Translations under genes and position numbers: made by a program
Part shown: positions 44,012 to 54,627 of the stretch, in pieces
Numbering within the stretch: position 1 is the first letter of the stretch
Layout: the number at the start of each line of letters is the position of its first letter
Origin: a virus
Taxonomy: Duplodnaviria > Caudoviricetes
DNA: 59,892 nt
IMG/VR virus record: IMGVR_UViG_3300020122_000432
Location: 1-59,892 of that record
Direction: 5' to 3' (one strand)
Notes under the pieces: model-generated
Told to the model about the DNA's origin: nothing
What the model saw: only the letters and a program-made list of their open reading frames with translations
Database searches by the model: none

Positions 44012-45079
44012 ATGACGACGTACGGCTGGGACGCATCACACTACGACGGAGTGCTTACTCTCGTCGACCTGCAGAGAGCACACTCCGAGGGCATCGAGTT
44101 CTTCACGCACAAGCTCGGCGAGGGACTCGGTGGTGAGGACACCACCCAGGGAACGGCACTCGCCGCGGCGCGTGACGCCGGCATCAAGATCATCGGTGGG
44201 TACTGGTTCTGTCACGGCGAGGACGACCCGGTCGCGGAGGCGACGAAGTTCGTCGCGATGGCGGACAAGGACGAGCCGTGGTGGCGCACGTTCGAGGGCT
44301 GGTTCTGGCAGACCGACGCGGAGACCGAGACGGGTCACACCAAGCCGAGTAAGTCGTGGATCCAGAAGTTCAGTGACGAGCTCGATCGACTGACGAAGCG
44401 CGTCATCGTCACGTACGCGAGTCACGGCCAGTACGGCGACTCACTCACCGGGTTGACGTACCCCCTCTGGAACGCGAACTACCCGTCGTCCGCGCAGAAG
44501 CCCTTCAAGGAACTCTACCCGGGTGACTCGTACCCGGGCTGGAGCGAGTACTCGGGACAGGTGCCGGTCTTCTGCCAGTACGCGTCCTCGGCCACCATCG
44601 CGGGTAAGACCACCTGCGACGCGAACGCCTTCCGCGGCACGTTCGCGGATCTCGAGAAGTTCATTATCGGAAGTTCCGGAGGAGGCGACATTCCCGTGAG
44701 CACACCTACCACGACGGACAACGTCGGTCCCGCAGTCATCAACGCCGACGGGCAGATCACCAACCCGTCGTTCCGCACAGACTCGCCGCAGCACGTCCCA
44801 CCGGGAACCAACCAGTACGTCACCGTGGGCGACATGCTCGAGATCATCGCGTACGAGGCGAACGTCGCGCACACCAACACGACCTCCCTGGGCGTCAAGG
44901 CCGACGCACTGGCCGAGCAGGTGACCGCCATCACCGCGACACTCGCGCAGATCCTGGCGATCGTTAGTGGTGAGAGCCAGACGATCGGTGGTGACCTTCA
45001 GGTTACCGGTACGTTGCACGTAGTCGAGGTTCCGCCGACACCGGTGCCTCCCCAGGCACAGACCGCGCCGAGTCCGTAG
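44012..45079 (+). CDS. Endolysin, GH25 muramidase
   Basis: YGWDASHY, GGYWF, DAE, LWNANY, DANAF. Confidence 0.85.
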   Translation: MTTYGWDASHYDGVLTLVDLQRAHSEGIEFFTHKLGEGLGGEDTTQGTALAAARDAGIKIIGGYWFCHGEDDPVAEATKFVAMADKDEPWWRTFEGWFWQTDAETETGHTKPSKSWIQKFSDELDRLTKRVIVTYASHGQYGDSLTGLTYPLWNANYPSSAQKPFKELYPGDSYPGWSEYSGQVPVFCQYASSATIAGKTTCDANAFRGTFADLEKFIIGSSGGGDIPVSTPTTTDNVGPAVINADGQITNPSFRTDSPQHVPPGTNQYVTVGDMLEIIAYEANVAHTNTTSLGVKADALAEQVTAITATLAQILAIVSGESQTIGGDLQVTGTLHVVEVPPTPVPPQAQTAPSP

Positions 45080-45140
45080 CGACAACCACCCGGTCTGTTG
45101 ATCATCAACCGGGAGGAACTAGACCGCACGGGGGTGCGAC

Positions 45141-47792
45141 ATGGGTCAGCCGATCGACACCGCATACGTCTCGATCCAACCTGACTTCTCGCGCTTCAGC
45201 TCGGAGATCGCAAGTGGGATCGAACGTCCGCTCGCCGACGTAGGCTCGGCGGCGGCGCGACTCGAGTCCGACGTCACCGCCACGTTCGAGATGATGGTCT
45301 CCGAGCTTCGCGGTGAGTTCGAGCAGCTGTCGCTTCTGCTTGACGCCGGCTTCTCCTCGATGGCCGACGCGAGTGATCGCTCAGCCGCGGAGATGGCACT
45401 CGCGTTCCGCGAGGCCGTCGCGGAGATCGAGCACGAGTTCACCGACATGGAGCTCAACGCGTCGCGTAAGCTCAATGGGATCGGTGAGGCGGGTCAGCAG
45501 GCCGGCCAGAAGCTCTCGCACGGCTTCGGTCTCGGAAGCATGCTCCTGGGTGGCGCCGCCCTCGGCGGTGTCACCGCGATCGGCGCGGGTCTCGAGCAGC
45601 TCAGCTCGTTTGGCCTGAAGACCGCCGCGTCCCTCGAGCAGACGCAGATCGCGCTCGACTCGCTCACGGGTTCGGCGGCCGCTGGCCAGAAGCAGATGGC
45701 GCAGCTGCAGGCCTTCGCCAACGCGACGCCGTTCGAGTTTAACGACCTGGTCACCGGCGCGCAACGCTTCGACGCGTTCTCACGCACCATTGGGATGACG
45801 ACGGATCAACTCATCCCGTTCATGACCACCCTGGGCAACGTTGTCTCGGAGACGGGTGGTGGCGCGCAGGCACTCGACACCATCACACTCGCACTGGGTC
45901 AGACGGCGGGCCAGGGTAAGCTCACCCTCGGCAACCTCGATCAGATCAACAATGCCATCCCGGGCTTCTCAGCCGTCGCCGCCATCGCGAAGGTTCGCGG
46001 TGAGTCGACCGCCCAGGTGATGAACGAGATCTCCGCCGGAAGCATCAACGCGAAGGACGGCATCGCCGAGCTGCTCCAGGGAATGAACCAGTTCCCGGGT
46101 GCCGCGGGTGCGATGCAGCGTCAGTCGCAGACGCTACTCGGTGTGTTCTCCACGTTCCACGACGTGGTGGGTCAGACACTCTCGAACGCGTTCAAGCCGA
46201 TCATCCCGGCCATTAAGACCACGCTGACGCAGATTACGCCGATCTTCGGCTCTGCGATCGCGACCATCGCGCCGTCTATCGGCAAGGTCATCGTTGGTTT
46301 GATGCAGCTGCTGGGCCCACTGGTCGCGGGTCTCGCGAAGATCCTCGCGCCGGTGCTCAGCGCGCTCGGTCAGGCACTCACCATTCTCGGACCCGCACTG
46401 GGTCCGATAGCCAACGCGATCGCGGGTATCGCGACGGCACTCGCACCGATCTTGCCCATGGTGGCGCAGCTCATCGCGCAGCTGGTGAACGGTCTCGCAC
46501 CCGTCTTCGTCGCGCTGACGCCGGTGATCAACGAGTTCATGACGGTGTTCATGGACGCGTTCAAGCCACTCATCCCACTCATCGTGCAGCTGGTGCTCGC
46601 GTTCACGCCGCTCGTGCCGCCGATCCTGCAGGTCCTGCAGGCACTTGAGCCGCTGATCCCGGTCGTCGCGCAGCTGCTCGAGCTCATCCTGAAGATCGTC
46701 ACGCCGATCATCAAGATCGCGGCGGCGTTCACCGGATGGCTCGTCGCGAAGGCCATCGTACCCATCATCAAGGGTCTCGCCGACGCGATTGGTCTCATCG
46801 CCAGGTTCGCGGACAAGGTCGTCAACTTCTTCACGTCGATCAACTGGGGTAAGCTCGGTTCATCGATCTGGAACGCGATCACCGACGCGTGGAACGCGGT
46901 CGTCAACTTCTTCGAAAACCTGCCCGGGAAGATCCTGTCGTTCCTCGAGAACCTGCCCTCGATGCTGGGCGACCTCGCGTCGAAGGCAATGCACGCACTC
47001 GCGTACGGCATCGGCTACGGCATCGGTCTCATCATCAAGGAGATCATACATCTCCCTGGGCAGCTGTGGACGCTGTTCACGAAGATGTGGGACGGCATCG
47101 TTAACATCTTCACCAAGGGTATCGACGCCGCGGTGAAGTTCTTCGAGGAGCTACCGGGTAAGCTCCTCTCCCTGGCGAAGAAGATTTGGGACGGCATCGT
47201 TCACGCCTTCGAGACGGGCGTGAAGAGGACCATCAAGTTCTTCGAGGAGCTGCCCGGTAAGATCCCGGGTATCCTGAGTCACCTGAAGGACTCGATCCTC
47301 AACGCGGTGAAGGACGCGGGTAAGTGGCTGTGGAACGCGGGTGTCGACGCGGTCAAGGGTCTCATCAAGGGCATCGAGAGCTGGGCTAAGCACGCGTGGG
47401 ACGCGATCGTCAACTTCGGTAAGAGCCTGGTACACGGCATGGAGGACGCGCTGGGTATCGGATCTCCGTCGAAGGAGTTCGCGATCATCGGCCACCAGAC
47501 CATCATGGGTTACGCGATGGGTGTGGATAACACCGCCGACGTCGCGAAGCAGTCGGTGAACAACGCGATGCTTCCGCCGGCGTCGGGCTTCGCCACGGTG
47601 GGTGCCGGAGCGGCCAACGGTGGCGGTGCGAGTGGCGCCAACCCGCTATTCGGTCCGGGAAGCATTGTAGTATCGTTCAACGGTGTGATACCAACGCACG
47701 CCGAGGCGCAGCGCACGGGAACCGCGGTCGGACAGGGAATCGCCAACGCACTCGCACAGCGTAACATTCGCACCGCGATCAGAGGAATGTGA
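45141..47792 (+). CDS. Tape measure protein
   Basis: FANATPF, amphipathic repeats, LGIGSPSK. Confidence 0.92.
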   Translation: MGQPIDTAYVSIQPDFSRFSSEIASGIERPLADVGSAAARLESDVTATFEMMVSELRGEFEQLSLLLDAGFSSMADASDRSAAEMALAFREAVAEIEHEFTDMELNASRKLNGIGEAGQQAGQKLSHGFGLGSMLLGGAALGGVTAIGAGLEQLSSFGLKTAASLEQTQIALDSLTGSAAAGQKQMAQLQAFANATPFEFNDLVTGAQRFDAFSRTIGMTTDQLIPFMTTLGNVVSETGGGAQALDTITLALGQTAGQGKLTLGNLDQINNAIPGFSAVAAIAKVRGESTAQVMNEISAGSINAKDGIAELLQGMNQFPGAAGAMQRQSQTLLGVFSTFHDVVGQTLSNAFKPIIPAIKTTLTQITPIFGSAIATIAPSIGKVIVGLMQLLGPLVAGLAKILAPVLSALGQALTILGPALGPIANAIAGIATALAPILPMVAQLIAQLVNGLAPVFVALTPVINEFMTVFMDAFKPLIPLIVQLVLAFTPLVPPILQVLQALEPLIPVVAQLLELILKIVTPIIKIAAAFTGWLVAKAIVPIIKGLADAIGLIARFADKVVNFFTSINWGKLGSSIWNAITDAWNAVVNFFENLPGKILSFLENLPSMLGDLASKAMHALAYGIGYGIGLIIKEIIHLPGQLWTLFTKMWDGIVNIFTKGIDAAVKFFEELPGKLLSLAKKIWDGIVHAFETGVKRTIKFFEELPGKIPGILSHLKDSILNAVKDAGKWLWNAGVDAVKGLIKGIESWAKHAWDAIVNFGKSLVHGMEDALGIGSPSKEFAIIGHQTIMGYAMGVDNTADVAKQSVNNAMLPPASGFATVGAGAANGGGASGANPLFGPGSIVVSFNGVIPTHAEAQRTGTAVGQGIANALAQRNIRTAIRGM

Positions 47793-50488
47793 TGGGAAAC
47801 TACAACCCCGACGCACCCGCTATTCTCGGTAACGAGTGGGCGGGCATCCACGACGAGAACGTGCAGCTTACTCCCGATCAGAACACCGTGGAGTACGGCT
47901 ACACGATGACCGTGGCGGCTCCTCGCACTCTCGCGGACGCGCGCTTCTACACTCACATTCCCGAGGTTACCGAGGATCCCACTGGCCTCAGTGCGAACTT
48001 CAGTGTCAACGTCGCTCAGGTGAACGTCTACCCGTACGGGCAGGAGGCGAACACCGGTCCGATTCGTCGCGTTGTGATTCCCGTGTCCAACGTAGGATTC
48101 GTCTCGGGCTCGGCGGCCTACCAGCTCTTCGTTGGGGTGCCCGACGGCACGCAGGTGCTCTGGCCCGGCACCATGCCCACGGTGACGCAGGTGCGTCAGG
48201 CACTCGCCAACCCGCAGGGGCCGGGCCAGGTCGAGTTCATGCTGATCACGCCAACCACGGGCGCGGCGGTGCAGCGTATGATGTTCGAGTTCGACATCGC
48301 ATCATACGCGCAGCTGCTCAACGGTAAGCGACTTCTCGCGGTGAACTTCCTCTACCGACTCAACAACGTCGGCGGCACCGACGCGGACGCGTTCGCGAAC
48401 CTGGAGCAGATGCTCGTCGACACGTTCGCCGGGTTCAGCGGGACGTTCGGCCTCAGCACCGTCGTGAGCTCGGGTGGACCACGCTTCACCGTTGGGCAGT
48501 CCGACACGGAGATCCAGCGAATCGGTCACGGTGAGGTTCAGAACTACTGGACCATCCCGACGTTCAACGCGTCGAAGAGTCAGCAGGCGCAGTACGTTCC
48601 CTGGACGATGAACACGCTACTGAACTACGACGGTGTGAAGAACGCATTGGCACTGGCGTTCACGCACAGCTCGGGCTTCACCGGTGCGAGTGCCGCGAGT
48701 GGCAACTACTCGCTGTATTTCATGGCGATGGAGGTCATCTTCTGTGAGGAGACGCGAGTCGCGACGGGTGGGCTCGGCTTCACCACGGGTGAGTACAACC
48801 TCGGTGCGAACGTCGCGCAGATGTATGACCCGATTAACCTGACGACGGGACCGGTGCTGCAACCCGGTAAGTACACGGTGACCATCTCCGCGCCACCCAA
48901 CGTGTATTCATCCACCGCGGTCGGCCGTGACTTCCCGGCGCTCAACGGAGTGCGACCGCTCTACGACATCACATCACACAACGGTCGATCGATCACGAAG
49001 CCGTTCCCGGTGTGGGACGCGCTGGGTCAGACGTTCTCGGTGCAGAACTGGCCCGTGATGCCGCAGATTTCACTGCACGACTCGACGGGTGCGGTCATCT
49101 CCGAGTCTCACGTATACGGTCGACGCATTCACGCGCAGGTGTGGGGATCACTCACCACGCGGCAGCTGATCGACGGAAGCAACTCGCAGATCGGTGCCAG
49201 CTACGACCAGGTGCGCTTCTACGCGCGACGCTTTGGCGCGACGACCGTCCCACTCAGCGTGCGCTTCAACGGCATCGGTGGGGCGCCCACCGCGTCGATC
49301 GCACCCTCGACGTTCGACGCGCTACCTGAGATCATCGACGGCTGGGCCGAGGTAACGCTTCCACTGAGCGCGGCCGTGGTGCCCACGGGTACGGGTGCGA
49401 ACATGTCCGTGGACTGGTTCGCCACGGGTGAGCTCGCGCCCAATCGCTGGGAGGTCCTCGGCGTCACCGCACCCGCCCTGTCGGGCACGGGTATGGTGTC
49501 GAGCGGTGCGAATGCCAACTTCCTCACCACCGTGCCGGCGGCGCAGCGGCTCGGCAACGCGACGTACCTGCAACCCATCGGCGCGACCGACGCGCTGACG
49601 TGGATGTCTCCGACCGTGTCGGGCACCGCGTCAGATCCCGACTCCGACGCGGTGTTCTTGCTCTCGCAGTCACCCGCGGCACCCACGGGCCTAACACTCA
49701 ACACACTCACGCAGTCACTCACGGGTGTGGGTGTCGTGTGTGCAAATCCCCTGGCCGTACCCACGGGTATGCGTTACAACCGGCTCACCTGGACGACGTC
49801 ACCGGTGACGGGTTCGGGCTTTGGGTACTACGAGCTGCAGCGCATGGACACGGTGGGGAACGTCTGGGAAACGATCTTGCAGGTCGCGAGCCAGGCGGTC
49901 ACGGGCTTTAGTGACTACGAGGCACGCGTCGGCATCGCCACATCTTACCGGCTCCGTGTGTGTAACACACTCGCGTTCGCCGGTCCCTGGTCGAGCACCG
50001 TCACCGGCACGATCACGGCGAGCGGTGTCACAGGTGCGAGTGTCGACAACGGCGTGCTGCTCTTTAGCTCGAACTACGCGCAGTCAGGAGTGCGTAACCT
50101 CGCGTACGTGGAGGCACTATCGGATCCCGCGACCACCGCGCTGACGTTCCTCGAGACCGAGCGTGTGAAGTTGGAGTGGCTGTTCGACAAGGACTACATG
50201 AACGCGTTCATGCCACTCGAGCGCGGCGGTGAGCAGTTCGTCACCAGTCTCCTGATCCAGCAGGCGGCCGTCGCGGCGCCGGTCGTCCAGGGGGCGTTCC
50301 GAAACCTGCGTGACCTGGGTTGGGCTCAGCTGCCCTACGTCTGCGTGCGCAACGACATCGGTGACCGCTGGTACGCAAACGTGCAGGTGCCTGCCGGCAC
50401 CATCCAGCGGAACCGCACGCTGCAGATCGCGCAGATCACGGTCACCGAGATCACAGGCACACCCTACGTCGTGACGAGTGTAACGTGA
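47792..50488 (+). CDS. Large minor tail protein (FN3-like and Dit-like regions)
   Basis: Follows the tape measure gene; beta-rich; SYRLRVCN...GPWS. Confidence 0.75.
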   Translation: MGNYNPDAPAILGNEWAGIHDENVQLTPDQNTVEYGYTMTVAAPRTLADARFYTHIPEVTEDPTGLSANFSVNVAQVNVYPYGQEANTGPIRRVVIPVSNVGFVSGSAAYQLFVGVPDGTQVLWPGTMPTVTQVRQALANPQGPGQVEFMLITPTTGAAVQRMMFEFDIASYAQLLNGKRLLAVNFLYRLNNVGGTDADAFANLEQMLVDTFAGFSGTFGLSTVVSSGGPRFTVGQSDTEIQRIGHGEVQNYWTIPTFNASKSQQAQYVPWTMNTLLNYDGVKNALALAFTHSSGFTGASAASGNYSLYFMAMEVIFCEETRVATGGLGFTTGEYNLGANVAQMYDPINLTTGPVLQPGKYTVTISAPPNVYSSTAVGRDFPALNGVRPLYDITSHNGRSITKPFPVWDALGQTFSVQNWPVMPQISLHDSTGAVISESHVYGRRIHAQVWGSLTTRQLIDGSNSQIGASYDQVRFYARRFGATTVPLSVRFNGIGGAPTASIAPSTFDALPEIIDGWAEVTLPLSAAVVPTGTGANMSVDWFATGELAPNRWEVLGVTAPALSGTGMVSSGANANFLTTVPAAQRLGNATYLQPIGATDALTWMSPTVSGTASDPDSDAVFLLSQSPAAPTGLTLNTLTQSLTGVGVVCANPLAVPTGMRYNRLTWTTSPVTGSGFGYYELQRMDTVGNVWETILQVASQAVTGFSDYEARVGIATSYRLRVCNTLAFAGPWSSTVTGTITASGVTGASVDNGVLLFSSNYAQSGVRNLAYVEALSDPATTALTFLETERVKLEWLFDKDYMNAFMPLERGGEQFVTSLLIQQAAVAAPVVQGAFRNLRDLGWAQLPYVCVRNDIGDRWYANVQVPAGTIQRNRTLQIAQITVTEITGTPYVVTSVT

Positions 50489-51648
50489 CCAACCCACTGC
50501 AGCGCGTCGGCGGTATGTCCGGGCTACTCACCACGGACAGCGGCTCGGTGTTCGACCTGCAGCCCGGCTGGGCCCAGCAGAACATGACCTTCCAGTACTA
50601 CCTGATCGACTCCACCGGTCGGGTGATCCGTGAACTTCATCCGTCCGCGTCATTCACACCGGCGCTCTCACACGACGTCACTCGCACCGTTAAGCGTCAG
50701 CTGCAGGTGACGTTCGTACCGGCCGACGTCGCGTTCATCGATCCACTGTCGCAGCGTGTTCGAATCGTGATGAAGCTGGGTGACGGCTCGACGTTCCCCC
50801 TGGGTAAGTACGTGTTCACGGATCAGACGAACACACGCTTCTCGTCCGGGGTCTATGGCGCGTTCACACTGATGGACGAAGAGTTCATCATGGATCAGCC
50901 GCTCAGCACGAGCTTCCCGACACCGCAGTACAGCGCGCTGATCTTCAACGTCAACGCGACCAACATACCCGCACCCGCGGCGAACCGACTCGCGATCGGT
51001 GTGATGACGAACTACCCAACGATCTCGTATGTGTTCGACTCGTCACCCTACACGACGTCGGCGACGTGGGGTTTCGGCACGACGGGCATGCAGGTGCTCA
51101 CGGACTTGGCGACGTTCGGTGACTTCTTCGCTCCCTGGATCGGGAACGACGAGCTTCTTCACATGGTGCGCACGTTCGATCCCGCGATAAAGATCCCAGA
51201 TTTCAACTGGGACCGCTACCCACACGTTATCGCGGACACCATCACCGAGACGAGCGACGTCATCGCCGCACCGAATCGCTACATCGTGGTGTCGAATGGG
51301 CAGAGCTCGATCAATGACCAGACGTCGAGCAACCCGCAGCCGATCGTCGGTACGTACGACGTGCCGGCCAGCGCGCCCTACTCGAAGGAGAACCGCGGCT
51401 TCGTCATACCTCAGATCGCGCAGCTGCAGCTCGACGCACCCAACCAGGCGAACGCGGTGGCACGTACCCTGGGCCTGCAGTCTACGATCTACAACCGCAC
51501 GACACTGACCACGTTCCCCGACCCACGTCACGACAGTCACAACGTGATCTGGTGGCAGGGATTCGCGTGGCTCGAGCTCGCGTGGTCGCTGGAGCTCACG
51601 GCGGGTGGTAAGATGTCACACACTCTGCGGAGGGTGTACACGTCATGA
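50485..51648 (+). CDS. Minor tail / hub protein
   Basis: FPLGKY, APNRYIV, PDPRH; synteny. Confidence 0.75.
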   Translation: MTNPLQRVGGMSGLLTTDSGSVFDLQPGWAQQNMTFQYYLIDSTGRVIRELHPSASFTPALSHDVTRTVKRQLQVTFVPADVAFIDPLSQRVRIVMKLGDGSTFPLGKYVFTDQTNTRFSSGVYGAFTLMDEEFIMDQPLSTSFPTPQYSALIFNVNATNIPAPAANRLAIGVMTNYPTISYVFDSSPYTTSATWGFGTTGMQVLTDLATFGDFFAPWIGNDELLHMVRTFDPAIKIPDFNWDRYPHVIADTITETSDVIAAPNRYIVVSNGQSSINDQTSSNPQPIVGTYDVPASAPYSKENRGFVIPQIAQLQLDAPNQANAVARTLGLQSTIYNRTTLTTFPDPRHDSHNVIWWQGFAWLELAWSLELTAGGKMSHTLRRVYTS

Positions 51649-52436
51649 GTGGGACCATTGCATCCACATCCGCACCCGTCCCCACGTCGAGCACGAGTGA
51701 CCCACACGCGAACACCGCGCAGACGACCGTCGAGGAACTCGTCGCTTACCTGAAGCGACGTAAGATTCTCTGGGAGCTTCATCTCTGTCTCTCGGCGTCG
51801 AACGACATCCAGGAGACGGGTAATCACGTGTCGGTCGTGCTCGACGGGGACACCGCGGACACCGTGATTCGCGTGATGACGCTCGTCGGGCCGATCTACC
51901 CGAACGTGCACTACGTGGTCATCTTTGTGCCGCCGGTCGGTTACTACATCATCGGTGCGCTCGACAACGGGACCGTGCGACAGATGCCCGCGATTCTCCT
52001 GAGCAACGACGTCGACGTCACGCTCACGAGCACGGGTAACCCGATCCAGATCGGTGACGTGTCGACGCAGAACATGGTGATCGACGGTAATGAGATCGAG
52101 GCACGGAACGCTGGGGCGGGATCGGATCTCTTCATCAACAACAACGGGAAGGGGCCCATTCACCTCGGTGGTCCCGTGTCGATGTCCAACGAGATCTTCG
52201 ACACGGTGTCGATCGTGCCGGTCGCGAACACACCGACGAGCTCCGTCATCTCGTTCTCGACACTCACCGGAACGGGATCCGTCTGCGGCTGGGTAACCGC
52301 TAACACCAGCGTCCCCGAGACGCAGGTGTTGATGTTCTCGTACAGCGCGATCTCGTCATCGGGCATCACCGTCTGGATCTACCGCATCAATACCACGTCG
52401 ACGTCCCTCTCCTGGATGGTCAAGGTGAAGCAGTGA
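51645..52436 (+). CDS. Minor tail protein
   Basis: Synteny; beta-rich. Confidence 0.65.
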   Translation: MSGTIASTSAPVPTSSTSDPHANTAQTTVEELVAYLKRRKILWELHLCLSASNDIQETGNHVSVVLDGDTADTVIRVMTLVGPIYPNVHYVVIFVPPVGYYIIGALDNGTVRQMPAILLSNDVDVTLTSTGNPIQIGDVSTQNMVIDGNEIEARNAGAGSDLFINNNGKGPIHLGGPVSMSNEIFDTVSIVPVANTPTSSVISFSTLTGTGSVCGWVTANTSVPETQVLMFSYSAISSSGITVWIYRINTTSTSLSWMVKVKQ

Positions 52437-52732
52437 CACGTGATGAGTTTGTGGAGCTGGCACAACGACACATGACGAGCTGCGCGGCGTTTGCGTCGAC
52501 CGACCCACCTCCGCGTCCCGTCGACTGGGAGACATCGGGGATCGAGTGGCCCGTCGTCCGGGTGCGTGTGTTCTGCGACACGCCGGGCTGCGAGCATCCG
52601 GCCGAGGGTAACGAGCACGACATGACGCTGAACGCGGATCTCGTACCACGCGGGATGTGTGGTCACTGCCTCCAACCACTGCGCGGTGTGTACCTGCTCG
52701 ATGACGGAGAAGTGCCCTTTCAGATGGTGTAG
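52433..52732 (+). CDS. Small Cys4 tail-associated protein
   Basis: CDTPGC...CGHC. Confidence 0.6.
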   Translation: MTRDEFVELAQRHMTSCAAFASTDPPPRPVDWETSGIEWPVVRVRVFCDTPGCEHPAEGNEHDMTLNADLVPRGMCGHCLQPLRGVYLLDDGEVPFQMV

Positions 52733-52741
52733 AATCTGCGT

Positions 52742-53452
52742 ATGATAGTCTATGTAGTTCCGACGCGCGGACGACCGCAGAACGCGTTGAGACTGCTCGA
52801 GGCGTTTCGCACCACGGGCACATACTCATCCACGAAGCTGATCTTCTGCGTCGACACAGATGACTCGCACCGGGCCGAGTACGAGAAGGCCTTCGCCGCC
52901 GATCCAGGGAACGACTTCGGCTTCCTCGTAAATGAGCGACGTCGCCTGGGCCCGACACTCAATCACGTCGTGCAGCGAGTGGTGCAGGATCACACCGTGT
53001 CGGCGGTGGGATTCATGGGTGATGATCACATTCCCCAGACGTTCCACTGGGACCGCGCGCTGCTCGAGCCGATCCTGCGCGATCCCATCGCCGTGTCATA
53101 CGGCAATGATCTCATCCAGGGGGCCAACCTCCCGACCGCCGTTCTCATGGGTGCACACGTCGTGCGGACACTGGGATACATGGTGCCGGTCGGTCTCACA
53201 CATCTCTACATCGACAACGCGTGGCGCGACCTCGGCATCGCGATCAACTCACTACACTACCGAAGTGACGTCATCATCCGACACGCGCATCCCGTGACGC
53301 AGCAGGTTCCCTGGGACGACACTTATCGCGAGGCCAACTCGGGTGAGATGTACGCGGCCGACGAGGGTGTGTACAACGCGTGGAAGGCCGTCGCTCTCCC
53401 AGGTGACGCGACGAGGCTCATCGAGCGCCGGAAGGAGCTGCTGGGTCGGTGA
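52742..53452 (+). CDS. Glycosyltransferase (GT-A)
   Basis: VVPTRGRP, FMGDDH, HLYID. Confidence 0.8.
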   Translation: MIVYVVPTRGRPQNALRLLEAFRTTGTYSSTKLIFCVDTDDSHRAEYEKAFAADPGNDFGFLVNERRRLGPTLNHVVQRVVQDHTVSAVGFMGDDHIPQTFHWDRALLEPILRDPIAVSYGNDLIQGANLPTAVLMGAHVVRTLGYMVPVGLTHLYIDNAWRDLGIAINSLHYRSDVIIRHAHPVTQQVPWDDTYREANSGEMYAADEGVYNAWKAVALPGDATRLIERRKELLGR

Positions 53453-54051
53453 AGATACAGCTGCGACCCTTCTGGACCGACGCCGAGCTCGCGGAGATCT
53501 ACGCGACACCCTACGATCACACCAGGTGGGCTGATCACAAAGATCGCATGGCGTGGATCATACGCACGGTGCGTCAGCTGTGGCCACGCACCGATGCGGG
53601 TCTCCCGATGGAGCTCGCCGTCGCAGATCTCTCGTGCGGTGACGCGTACATCGTGCGGCAGCTGATCGAGTGGGGCTGGGTCAACACGTACGAGCTCGCG
53701 GACATCGTACCCAACGCCTACACCACGATGAACGGCTCGATCGAGGACACGTTGGAGCTGCTGGCACGGCCGAGTGGCGAACCGTCGTTCCACCTGCTCA
53801 TCTGCACCGAGACGGTTGAGCATGTCCGGGACCCGGAGAGCCTCCTGGCGGGCCTCCGGCGGATCGGTGGTCAGCTACTACTGACCACCCCGATCGACGA
53901 GGCTGCGACGAGTATCGACAACCCCGAGCATTACTGGTCGTTCACCGTCGAGGACATGCGCGGTCTTCTCGAGGACGCGGGCTGGAAGGTCGAGCACTTC
54001 GACCGACTCAGCACCTTCTGGTACGAGTATCAGCTCTGGTGGTGCTCATGA
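53449..54051 (+). CDS. Class I SAM-dependent methyltransferase
   Basis: VADLSCGDA, ETVEHVRDP, LLLTTP. Confidence 0.85.
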   Translation: MKIQLRPFWTDAELAEIYATPYDHTRWADHKDRMAWIIRTVRQLWPRTDAGLPMELAVADLSCGDAYIVRQLIEWGWVNTYELADIVPNAYTTMNGSIEDTLELLARPSGEPSFHLLICTETVEHVRDPESLLAGLRRIGGQLLLTTPIDEAATSIDNPEHYWSFTVEDMRGLLEDAGWKVEHFDRLSTFWYEYQLWWCS

Positions 54052-54626
54052 ACGAGAACGCGATCACCGTCGTCATACCGACGATTCCGCCACGTCATCC
54101 ACTGCTGGCGCGTGCGCTGCGATCGGTGACGGACCAGACGCTTCAGCCGACCGAGATCATCGTCATCTTCGATCACGAGCGTGAGGGCGCCGCGTCGACG
54201 CGGCAGCGTGGACTCGAGCGCGTCGCGACGCCGTGGGTGGCGTTTCTCGACGACGATGATGAGATGATGCCGGTTCACCTGCAGCGACTGCTGACTCACG
54301 CGCTCGACACGGGTGCGGACTTCGTGTACTCGTGGTTCGAGACGATCCCGCACGGACGCGACCCGTTTCCACCCACACACTTCACGCAGCCGTTCGACCC
54401 GACCAATCCGATCGAGACGACGATCACGACACTGGTGCGAACGGGCATCGCGCGGCAGGTGGGCTTCCGGCCACACCGCGAGGCTAACGTCGACTGGCCC
54501 GGTGAGGATCGACGCTTCACGATGGGATGCCTCGAGCTGGGTGCGAACATCCAACACCTCGTCGAGAAGACGTGGTACTGGCATCACGACTCGGGCAACA
54601 CGTCCGGCCTTCCGACGAGGTGGTGA
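54048..54626 (+). CDS. Glycosyltransferase family 2
   Basis: VVIPT, AFLDDDD, ED. Confidence 0.88.
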   Translation: MNENAITVVIPTIPPRHPLLARALRSVTDQTLQPTEIIVIFDHEREGAASTRQRGLERVATPWVAFLDDDDEMMPVHLQRLLTHALDTGADFVYSWFETIPHGRDPFPPTHFTQPFDPTNPIETTITTLVRTGIARQVGFRPHREANVDWPGEDRRFTMGCLELGANIQHLVEKTWYWHHDSGNTSGLPTRW

Positions 54627-54627
54627 G

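Noticed and set aside
45141-47792. Multi-pass membrane transporter
   Set aside because: The hydrophobic periodic repeats are typical of tape measure proteins.
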